From assembly GCA_017654855.1 (NCBI GenBank), contig CM030333.1, positions 4,340,001 through 4,404,000 on the forward strand: DNA of 64,000 nt. The letters are read 5' to 3'. The notes below the pieces were generated by a model. It did not search any database. It was not told where the DNA came from and was given only the letters and a program-made list of their open reading frames with translations. Numbering within the stretch: position 1 is the first letter of the stretch; the number at the start of each line of letters is the position of its first letter. A program made the translations under genes and the position numbers. This document shows, in pieces, positions 11,204-20,458 of this stretch. Origin of the DNA: Podospora anserina. Taxonomy: Eukaryota.

Positions 11204-11284
11204 TCAGAAATAGAACAATGTATAGGTGATAAATGCAATCATTAAAAAGATTTCATAAACAGCCTCGTGAGAGAAGTACATCAT
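11204..11284 (-). ncRNA. Box C/D snoRNA copy 2
   Basis: ATGATGT...GAGGCTGTTT-ATGA...ATGATT...TACATTGTTCTATTT-CTGA. Confidence 0.87.
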
Positions 11285-11428
11285 GGCAGGCGGGATGAAG
11301 GAAGATTGTACTATGGATACTTACTTTAATAAACAGCCCAAACATTGCAAACTCCATATCAACTATCGCCCAGTTAGCCAACCTGCCCAACGCCAATGCC
11401 GAAGAAAGAATAAAGGGTTTGAGTAGCC

Positions 11429-11507
11429 TCAGAAATAGAACAATGTATGGTGTTAAGTGTAATCATCAAAAGATTTCATAAACAGCCTCTTTCGAGAAAT
11501 GCATCAT
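11429..11507 (-). ncRNA. Box C/D snoRNA copy 1
   Basis: ATGATGCATTTCTCGAAAGAGGCTGTTTATGAAATCTTTTGATGATTACACTTAACACCATACATTGTTCTATTTCTGA. Confidence 0.88.
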
Positions 11508-11693
11508 AGAGCAATAGCATAACCAACAGCGCAAGTGAACTCCTTGCCGCCAGCCAGCCAGCCAAAAACGAGAGAAGAAAGGAATCAAAACTTACCTCCA
11601 ACACGACTTCCAGCGGGGGACCGCGGATGACAACAAATACCATCTCAAATTAAGAGTTATCCTATCGCTATATAAGTGTATCATAAGTCATTA

Positions 11694-14600
11694 TTACTCA
11701 ACAATCCAACCCTTCCCAGGAACCTTGCGTTGTGTCACTCTTCTTGCTGGCAATGGCCATCCCAGCCCTCCAGCGCCGCCCTCAGCCCGAAGATATGGGA
11801 TCACCCAGACCTCCTTCGTCTTGCCATCGGCACTTTCAGAGCCCTTGACCTCTTTGATGGGCTTGCCATACGTGAGAAGTGGCGTACCCTTGGCTAGAGA
11901 AGCGATCTGGCCTGCTGTCAAGTCCGTCAAAGCATGCATCCTCGTCTTGACCTTCTTCTCACCGTCTGCGCCTGTGTTGCCAGCCTTCTGGAGGTAGGCA
12001 TAGCAGATGTACTCGGGGCATTCGGCGGTGCTGAGATGAGCAAGAGGGGAAGTTGGATGTATGTATACCAGCCTGTCAAGAGGATCCTCAACCTTTTGAT
12101 CACCCTCAAGCGGGATGAGAGGGATGTATGGAACATCGATCGCACGACGTGGTTTCCTGTACGTCTCAGGCGGGTTGGGAGCCTTGTCAGCCCTGATGGC
12201 GACTTGATCAATGAAGCCTGCGGCAATCATCTGCTTGAGAGCTTGGACCTGTGTAGCAGAAGGAGGGTCCAGTTTCTCCTCAAGCTTGAAATTGGCGTGT
12301 TGTGGAATGTTGGTCCTCAGGAGATCCGCGATCTGGAATTGCAGCTGCCGAATTTCCTTTAGGATCTTGAACCGCACAAAGTGGCTTTCGCACCAGGCTT
12401 CTGTGGGCTCATGGGCAAACTCTCCTACGACCTGGAGCAGCTTGATGGCGTCACTCTTGTCGTCGAGGTAGCAAAAGTTCTTGTGGACAGCATTATATGC
12501 TTGACGAACTCTCGCTCGCTTTTCCTCGGCGACCACCTCTTCATTGGTACGGAAGTCTTCGGTGCTCTCCTCTAATGCTGGAATGGCTTGGTGTTCGTTG
12601 ATGAAAATCTCACCAGCAGACAGGGCGGCAACCAGAGCAATGGTATATGGCAGGCAGCCGTGAAGGTGTCCAACCAACAGGATGCGTGAGAAGCGAGGTG
12701 ACAAGGGGAAAATGGACATGGTCGAGCCTGTTGGCGTGATCTGCCCCTCAGGTGTGATGGCTGAAAGGTAGGTCAAAAGCTTCTCAGCCTTGACCAGGCT
12801 TTCTCGCTCTGGGGGTGTCGGGAATGGAAAGTTGACGACATGTTGCAAGTTCATGGCCTTCAGTTGTAGAACGACGCCCTCGATGGGCATGCGGAGCAGC
12901 TCTGGGTCGGCAAAGAGAGGGAAGTCCCTTTCGTAAATCGCAGACGAGTACAGCCTCCAGCAATGGCCAGGGCCAGTACGACCGGCACGACCGGCACGTT
13001 GTTGCGCACTTGCCTTGCTGATCCAATCGATCTGGAAGCTCTGGACGTTGCTCACAGGGTCATACCGGCGCTCCTTGGATCTGCCACAGTCGAAGACATA
13101 CCGAATACCAGGAATAGTCAAACTGGTCTCTGCAACGTTTGTCGACAAGATGACCAATCGCGAGCCGTCCGGGGGTGGCTCGAAGACCTTCATCTGCTCT
13201 TTTGTCGGAAGCATCGAGTACAAGGGCAAGATATGCATCTTTCTTGGTCCTGTGCCGGACTCCTCATCCTCAATGTCGAATTCCTTCTCCTCTTCTTCCT
13301 CGTCGGAAATCTCATCTTCATCCATATCGTGAACCGCTCTGTCATCGATATCGCCAAAGTCGATATCCTCAGCCTCGATAGGAGCTTCCTTGGCTGAAAT
13401 CTTGACCTTGGGCCCAGATGCAGTGTTCATGCCACCGCCAAAAGCAGCCTTCAGACGCTTGCTGAGTTGGGTGATCTCGCCTTGGCCAGTGAGAAACACA
13501 AGCATGCCACCTGGTGGCAGCTTTCGATGACCTCTGCTGATTTTGCGAAAGGCGTCCTCGACATAGTCGTGCCCTGTCTTCTTGGCGAAGTGGATGGTGA
13601 CCTCGTGTTGACGGCCCTCCACGTCGATAACTCGTGGCGGAGTCTCGAAGAGCGCGGTATTTTGTGTAAATTCTTCAACACGTAAAGTGGCAGACATGAT
13701 GATCAGCTTCAAAGGCTTTGTTGTGGGGTCTTCCTTGGCCAGCTCAGCTCTCAGCTTGACCACTCGGCTGAGCATTGCGATGAGGATATCGGTGTTGACA
13801 CTTCTCTCGTGGGCTTCATCGATAATAATGGCAGAGTACTTGCGAAGTGCAAAATCCTGGGCCGCCTCTCGGAGGAGAACACCATCAGTCATGAACTTGA
13901 TGGCTGTGTTGGGATCGACGGTGCCCTCGAACCGAATCTGGTAGGCGACGACCTTGGAAAAGTCTCCCATCTCCTGACCAACCCGTTTCGACATACTGAC
14001 AGCAGCCACACGTCTCGGCTGGGTGACGCCAATCATGCCAGGAGTAGGACCCTTCTGGTCACCGTAGCCAGCCTCAAACAAAAACTGCGGCAGTTGTGTT
14101 GTCTTTCCCGAGCCAGTGGCACCACAGATGACGACTACGTCGTTGTTGTGAATGGCCTCCATAATCTTCTGTTCCTCAGCCACGACAGGAAGCTTGAAAC
14201 GAGCCTCCTCAATCTCAGGGTTCCTTGTGACGGTGACGGCATGCGACTTTCTGGTGACATTGGTTGTTGGCTGCAACTCAATCGGTAGTGGCTCTTGCTC
14301 TAATGGGCGGGGCTGGAAGTTTTCTGGTCTGGGCATTTCGAGTATAGTGGAAGTTGTTGGTGTGTATCCCAGAGCTTCGTTTCGTTGCTGGTGTGCCCAA
14401 GCCTTGAAAGCAGATGATCTTTCTTTCCGCCGCTCTTTCATAGACTCCTCGTCTTCCTCGTCCTCCGAGCCGGACCCCTCTTCAGAACTCTCTTCGTCGT
14501 CATCCTCTTCCTCTTCGTCCTCTCCACTGCCAGCATCACTCATGTCCTCATCCGACTGCTCTTCACTTTTCTCCGACCCACCAGCATCAGACTCGTCCTC

Positions 14601-15380
14601 ATCCTCCTCACCCGACTCCTCTTCATCAGCGGAGCTGAACCCGCCAAATTCATCAGATACTGGTTCTTCGTGAACGACAGGCGCAGCTAATGAGAACTTC
14701 GACTTCACACCGCCTCTCTTTTGTCTCTTTGCAAGCACTGGGCGGCCAGAGTCGTCGACCTCGAGTGGCCGTTTCAGACCAGAGCCGACTGCCGATGTGG
14801 TAGGAGCTGCCGCGGTTGTAGAGGACTGTGGTTGATCTTGCTTGGCGCTGGTGCCCTGCTGTGTCGTCCTGGGTCCTTCCTCCTCAGGCTCGTCGGATTC
14901 CTCCGGTTGCCGATGTTGTGGGACCTCCCCCTTCTTAACAGTGCGCTTCTGGTAGAGCAGCGTCAAGTCTGACTTATCCACGCCGAGACCGGCATCCTTC
15001 TCCCTGAGAACGCGGCGGATGGCTTGCTTCTTGGTCTCCTTAACTTGACCAATTGACTTGGCACTGCTGAATAAACTGGTGTCGATCTTGTTGGCCTCGA
15101 GTTTTTTGAGGAGCTCTCGGTTCTCATCCTTCTTCAACTTGCTTTCGATGTACTTCTCCAGACGTTTGGCCTTTTTTCCAGTGACCTTGGTGCCATCGGG
15201 CTTTAGTGACTCGCGCAACTGTTTTCTCTTCTCCTCGGCCTCAGCCTGCTGCGCCGGGGTGATCTCAACAACATTGGAATCTGCATCGAGCTCTGTGTCG
15301 AGAGTAGCTCTCTCCTCGGCGCGTTGGCGCTCAAGATGCTTCCGCTTGCGCTGACGTGGGACGAATTTCTTGACGGCCAT
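11694..15380 (-). CDS. DHR1: DEAH-box RNA helicase Dhr1/Ecm16 (DHX37), SSU processome
   Basis: 1228-aa ORF; GATGSGKTTQ, TQPRRVAA, DEAH, SAT, STNVAETSLTIPGI, QRAGRAGRTGPG; N-terminal KFVPRQRK and acidic linker typical of Dhr1. Confidence 0.93.
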   Translation of the reverse strand: MAVKKFVPRQRKRKHLERQRAEERATLDTELDADSNVVEITPAQQAEAEEKRKQLRESLKPDGTKVTGKKAKRLEKYIESKLKKDENRELLKKLEANKIDTSLFSSAKSIGQVKETKKQAIRRVLREKDAGLGVDKSDLTLLYQKRTVKKGEVPQHRQPEESDEPEEEGPRTTQQGTSAKQDQPQSSTTAAAPTTSAVGSGLKRPLEVDDSGRPVLAKRQKRGGVKSKFSLAAPVVHEEPVSDEFGGFSSADEEESGEEDEDESDAGGSEKSEEQSDEDMSDAGSGEDEEEEDDDEESSEEGSGSEDEEDEESMKERRKERSSAFKAWAHQQRNEALGYTPTTSTILEMPRPENFQPRPLEQEPLPIELQPTTNVTRKSHAVTVTRNPEIEEARFKLPVVAEEQKIMEAIHNNDVVVICGATGSGKTTQLPQFLFEAGYGDQKGPTPGMIGVTQPRRVAAVSMSKRVGQEMGDFSKVVAYQIRFEGTVDPNTAIKFMTDGVLLREAAQDFALRKYSAIIIDEAHERSVNTDILIAMLSRVVKLRAELAKEDPTTKPLKLIIMSATLRVEEFTQNTALFETPPRVIDVEGRQHEVTIHFAKKTGHDYVEDAFRKISRGHRKLPPGGMLVFLTGQGEITQLSKRLKAAFGGGMNTASGPKVKISAKEAPIEAEDIDFGDIDDRAVHDMDEDEISDEEEEEKEFDIEDEESGTGPRKMHILPLYSMLPTKEQMKVFEPPPDGSRLVILSTNVAETSLTIPGIRYVFDCGRSKERRYDPVSNVQSFQIDWISKASAQQRAGRAGRTGPGHCWRLYSSAIYERDFPLFADPELLRMPIEGVVLQLKAMNLQHVVNFPFPTPPERESLVKAEKLLTYLSAITPEGQITPTGSTMSIFPLSPRFSRILLVGHLHGCLPYTIALVAALSAGEIFINEHQAIPALEESTEDFRTNEEVVAEEKRARVRQAYNAVHKNFCYLDDKSDAIKLLQVVGEFAHEPTEAWCESHFVRFKILKEIRQLQFQIADLLRTNIPQHANFKLEEKLDPPSATQVQALKQMIAAGFIDQVAIRADKAPNPPETYRKPRRAIDVPYIPLIPLEGDQKVEDPLDRLVYIHPTSPLAHLSTAECPEYICYAYLQKAGNTGADGEKKVKTRMHALTDLTAGQIASLAKGTPLLTYGKPIKEVKGSESADGKTKEVWVIPYLRAEGGAGGLGWPLPARRVTQRKVPGKGWIVE

Positions 15381-15711
15381 CTTTGTCGCCCGGAAACCAG
15401 CTCCCGTAATGTGTGTTTTGGCGACTTGGATCTGTTTAGACCACAGTGGAAATTCTCACAATCTCCAATCCTTCTTTGAGATTTCGAGACAAATCTTGTC
15501 CGCCCGGCAGAATTCTGGAGCTAAGCAACCACCCCACATTAAAGAGTGGGGCCAGGCATCACAGTGCATCTGACAGTGTGCGACATCATGCAGCCATATA
15601 GAGTGAATGAGAACGTTGGAGATGTTTGCCAGTTACAAGACTTTAAGACTAAGGCTTTCGTCCAAGGCTCATCAACGGCGGTAGTAACAAACTGATCTTA
15701 GTATCTTCAAC

Positions 15712-16207
15712 ATGGACGACACATCTATTCAGCAGGAGCCCTTTCCTGCCCCCTCGAAGACTGTTACTGGAATCATCAACGGTGTCCCAACCGAAGTGGA
15801 AGCAACCAGCTTCTCAGACAAGATCATGCTCACCGTGTCTCAAGGTGGCCGCCTTGCCCAATGGGTAAGCCAACCGATGATACATAAACCCTTATTCCAA
15901 TATGTCACTCACGTTCGAAAAGGTGTCAGTACCACTCTCAGCACCATCTTCAGCGTCTATCGATATGGCTCTTCCTGGCTCAAGCACTCTGCCTTCAGCA
16001 CACCTGACACCCAGCACATTACTTGGCGGCGGTGATTCTGATAGGGAGACGATGGGCCATCTGTACGCCACTCAGATCGCAAGTCATTTGGCTCTGCGTA
16101 ACCCAGATGAGAAGAGAACCCTCTTGTTAGGGTTAGGATTGGAGAAGGTGGATGGAGGAGGCGAAGCGTTTTTTGACTTTCTCGAGTTGGTGCTACAGGT
16201 TATCTGA
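15712..16207 (+). CDS. Proteasome assembly chaperone 3 (PAC3/PSMG3)-like protein
   Basis: PFPAPSK...FSDKIMLTVSQGGRLAQW / VSVPL...TLLGG...LYATQIAS...RTLLLGLGL; intron 15865-15922. Confidence 0.75.
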
Positions 16208-16459
16208 GGACGAAGAGAATGGGCCCAATTGGTATCCAAAGATGGAGAGTGTTGTCATGGGATTCTGCAGGACCGTTCTTTCCCCATGTAGCGAACTTCT
16301 GGAGCTCTAGGCTGATGTATTACTAGAGCCAAATGGCATGATATGGGGATAATGAATCGAAGCGTCGTAATTCACACAACTTGGCCAAGTGAAGCGTATC
16401 TCTGGTTCAGACCATGTTCAGGATAAGTTCGAGATCTCGGCCAAGACCTCACTCAGAGC

Positions 16460-16631
16460 AACCCTAACCCGGCTCAGCGAAGCCCCAACTGCCCCACAAA
16501 ACCTAACCTTTGCCCTTGCGCCAAGATTTCAGGGCAGACTGGCGGGCCCACTTTACAGCTGCACGCACCGGCAAAAATCCGGTGCTGGCTCTCAGGTCCT
16601 GTGCCCACCAAAAAAAAATACCCAGCCCTAA
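16460..16631 (+). promoter_or_regulatory. ARCCCTAA (Tbf1-type/telobox-like) elements upstream of ribosomal protein gene
   Basis: AACCCTAA 16460-16467 and AGCCCTAA 16624-16631, within 260 nt of the RPL28 ATG. Confidence 0.5.
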
Positions 16632-16716
16632 AATCTACGGCGGGACCCGAAATAGCTCTTTGCGAAGAGCATCACCGTCGACGAATTCCGGACATCGTCA
16701 CTAACCAGCAGCCACC

Positions 16717-17655
16717 ATGGTATGCCCACCGCAATCGCTGTCTCACGAGGAGAAGATGCTGACTATTGCAGCCTACCCGGTTTTCCAAGACAAGAAAGCA
16801 CCGCGGCCATGTACGTTCTCCCCGCCGACCGGAAATGCTGTTTGAATTGATTACTGACTGTGTGCTCTCCAGGTGTCCGCCGGTAAGGGGTATGTAACGA
16901 TCAATCGGCCGACCGCAACGAATTCACATTGACGAATAATTTTCCAGTCGCGTCGGCAAGCACAGAAAGCACCCGGGTGGTCGTGGTATGGCCGGTGGTC
17001 AGGTACGACGAAATCATCTCGAAGTTTGGATGGAGACAGGACATGGGCTAACTCGACGAAAAGCACCACCACCGCACCAACCTCGATAAGTGTACGAAAC
17101 CATCGCCCTGGGGATTGGATGGGGTTTGATGGCGGGAAAACTGGAGGAGACTCTAGCTTCACGCTTCAAGCCACCATGCCGCCCCGCGACAACGAGACTT
17201 GACAAATGCTAACGACTGGAATCAGACCATCCCGGTTACTTCGGAAAGGTCGGCATGAGACGTACGTTCCCCCCGCGATCGATAACGGCTTGAAGTGAAG
17301 GAATTAGGAATTGACTGTTTGGATAGACTTCCACCTTCTCCGCAACCACGAGTGGGCTCCTACCATCAACATCGAGAAGCTCTGGTCTCTCGTCCCCCTT
17401 GAGACCCGCGACAAGTACGTCAGCGGCGCCAAGACCGACTCTGCCCCCGTCATCGACCTCCTCGCCAACGGCTACGCCAAGCTCCTCGGCAAGGGTGAGT
17501 GATCTGGAAGTTCTTTTTGAGGAGGAATGCGTGGGCTAACTCTGTCCCCAGGCCGTCTCCCCGAGATCCCCGTCGTTGTCCGTGCCCGGTACGTCAGCGC
17601 CGAGGCTGAGCGCAAGATTGTTGAGGCTGGTGGTGTTATCGAGCTCGTCGCTTAA
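16717..17655 (+). CDS. RPL28: 60S ribosomal protein uL15 (L28/L27a, CYH2), 8 exons
   Basis: Exons 16717-16719, 16772-16810, 16873-16889, 16948-17002, 17063-17091, 17226-17261, 17327-17494, 17552-17655 give [62 protein letters not shown]...GGVIELVA*. Confidence 0.97.
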
Positions 17656-18809
17656 ATAGGAAGCGGGTTTGGGAAAATAAAGGCAGCGATTTGACATTTT
17701 CGGTCACGAGGGAAATACCGGATAGTGAACCCAATGGCATACGGATCGGGCGTTGAAACGTTCAGCTACGAGCTAGGTCCCGGCGTCCTGGTTGGTTCCT
17801 GGGGTGATGAAGATACACACCTCCAGATATTGCAGCATTTTGGGAATGGGATGTTTGATTTGCATCTTCCGGCCCCTCGGTCCCTCGACCGTTCATGTTA
17901 CTCCGTATCGAGGTGCGAACAATGACATCTCCTGCTGAGTTACGAACATGTTTTGATCCATCCAGCTGCCTTTGTGTTTTGGACCCTTGATGGATAATTC
18001 CGTCGTCTTGCTTAATACAGCGGCACTCCGCGCTTTCTCTTGCAGCAGTCACACAACTACCACCGCGCACTGAATCCATCATTGGCTGAACTGAGCGGTA
18101 CCGAGTCTTCATATCAGGTCATCAAATGCCAACATACGGCAGTCTTTTGCTTGGTACTTGGATGCTTTGTGTTACTAACCTCGACGAATAAAACTAACCT
18201 CTACCAAGTAACCCGCACATAGTCTGTACCACAAACTTCCGACATTATCGTGGCATTTTACAAATGCCGAGAAAGCGACGCTCGCACTCAGGAGCGCCAC
18301 GACCGAGCACGTATTTATCACCATGGATCGGACTGTCAGCCGTGGTGCATGATGGCGTTGCCGGCAGTGGGATGTTGAGTCAGCATATCCGCGGGAGAGC
18401 ATCCGTGAGGCCATAGGTCCTGAGATGGGTTCTATGAAGACAAATCATTCGGCGATAGGTGCATGCTGATGAATCTGACCATCTACGCCATGCATGAGAA
18501 AAGAAACAATCGGTCGCACAGGATAGACATTCGGTATAGGCCGTGGAGGACAGCCCGTGTTGTTTGGAGTTTGAAGAGCTCACCCCGCTTACGATCTGCT
18601 CTCGGGGTAGTACATCGCGAGGCTGGATGGTGTTTCGGTGGGTTTTGCATACGTACTGACGGGTATATATATGTTCTGTTATTCTACTTGTTATCCTTGG
18701 TGGTGTTCTATGGTTTCTTCATATGCACTCACACCCCTTCACAACTCACTTACACTAAATTATCTGCCCCCCCGCTATTCACTTAGACACCACACCGCAC
18801 CGCACCACC

Positions 18810-19989
18810 ATGCTTATCCTCCCCCTCCTTTTCCTCCTCCCCCTTTCCACCGCCAAACCACCAAAACTAAACTCCAACGGCATCCCCCCCTTCTCTTCCC
18901 TCCCCCTCAACCCCCCGGCCCCTTACCTCTCCGCATGGGGCCTCTACGGCCCCAACGACGAACTCGGCACCCTCAACCGCCTCTCCCCAGCCATCGTGGC
19001 AGCTGCCTCAAAGACAGAGATCAAGACAGGCGTGAGAGTGAGTCTCAACTGGGCGATGAACGCCCAAGGCAACGAATCCTTCATCAACCGCGGGAATTTC
19101 GGACACAGGATCTACCCCGCGGGGCCGTACTACGACGAGGTGTGGGATTATAACTCCCAGGTGAGCAGTCACTGGGATAGTTTAAGGCATTTTCCTTATA
19201 TACAAGAGAGGAAGTTTTACAACGGGGTTGAGGATGGGGATATTTTGGGGGAGGGGAACGGGACTAGGAATAGCATACATGTCTGGTCGGAAAGGGGGAT
19301 CGTCGGACGGGGGGTGTTGGTTGATTTTCACAGTTGGAGGCTGAAGCAGTTGGAAGGGAGAAATCCGGAGGAGAGGTTCAAGAGGTTTGATCCGTTTGTG
19401 GGGGAGACGAGTGGGATTTTGCTGGAGGATGTGAGGGCTGTGTTGAAGTGGCAGGGGACGAAGGTTAGGTTTGGGGATATTTTGATTGTGAGGTCTGGTA
19501 TGTTTCCCCCGACTGAAATTGAATATCCTACCTAGGTCATGTATCAGTTGCTTACATGAGAAAAGGGTGGACTGTCGGCTTCAACAACAAGACCCGCGAG
19601 GAGATCCTGGCTCTGCAGCGTGCTGGTTCGATCAGCGCTTCGGGTTTGGAACAGAGTCTTCCCATGATGAAGTTCCTCTGGGACAACTTTTCTGCTGTGG
19701 CGGGTGATATGCCGGGTGTGGAAGCTTATCCGGCGAGGGCAAACTTCACCATGCATGAGGTGTTGCTCGCTGGTTGGGGGTGTCCGATGGGCGAGTTGTT
19801 CGATCTGGAGGCGCTTGCTGCAGAGGCCAAGAGGCAGAAGCGATGGAGTTTCTTTTTGACGAGCGAGGTTATCAACCTGCCCGGCGCTTTGGCTAGGTGA
19901 GTTTATAGGTTTTGAGAACCATTGGCTGTTTGCGAGAGTCGAAACTGATGTGGGTGAGCAGTCCGATTAACGCGCTGGCTATCTTCTGA
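18810..19989 (+). CDS. Putative cyclase / kynurenine-formamidase-like metal-dependent hydrolase with N-terminal signal peptide
   Basis: AWGLYGPNDELGTLNRL, NSQVSSHWDSLRHF, GIVGRGVLVD, GDILIVRSG, HEVLLAGWGCPMGELFDLEAL, SPINALAIF*; introns ~19498-19565 and 19897-19961. Confidence 0.88.
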
Positions 19990-20458
19990 GGAGGAAAGCG
20001 GATGGCACCTAAATTGTGGGGGTATCAGAACACGTAGTTCATTGTTGATTGTGATTGATACTAATGAAATAGCAACACATCAACAACATACATAGAAATC
20101 AATGGAGTTGAATCAAACTGTCTAGTTGTTCAAGCGACAATGCCCTGATAGACCTGTAAGTGATAAGGTAAGATACCTGTAACAATGCGTAATGATACGC
20201 ATTCACCCATCCAATTCCGGAAAGCGGTAAAGGCCTGCAGAAATATTTCTCGCCGATAAGCAACTTTTGGTCTGACGATTGCGCCGATAACGACCTTCAG
20301 GATCCCTGCCAGACCAACCCACCTCCGATTTGACGACGCCGACGACACTCGCTCCCCCTTACCGGTGCCCGATCTGACGACCGACGAGTCCGGAGACCGA
20401 TTTCTTTCCTCTTTATCCCACCTCTCCCTCAACAGGCCACCCAGACACAACCACATCA

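Larger units (their letters stand above)
10107..11640 (-). ncRNA. Non-coding snoRNA host transcript with six snoRNA-bearing introns (ends approximate)
   Basis: Minus-strand donors GTAAGT 11595, GTAAGT 11324, GTACGT 11068, GTATGT 10823, GTACGT 10566, GTACGT 10310; CTAAC branch sites at ~11374, 11147, 10894, 10642, 10385, 10121; internal exons 38-68 nt with no substantial ORF. Confidence 0.82.

Noticed and set aside
10190-11507. Repeat-spacer array as CRISPR-like or transposon-derived
   Set aside because: Eukaryotic context, no cas genes, units ~80 nt with 150-175 nt spacers; C/D boxes, rRNA complementarity and splice signals explain it.
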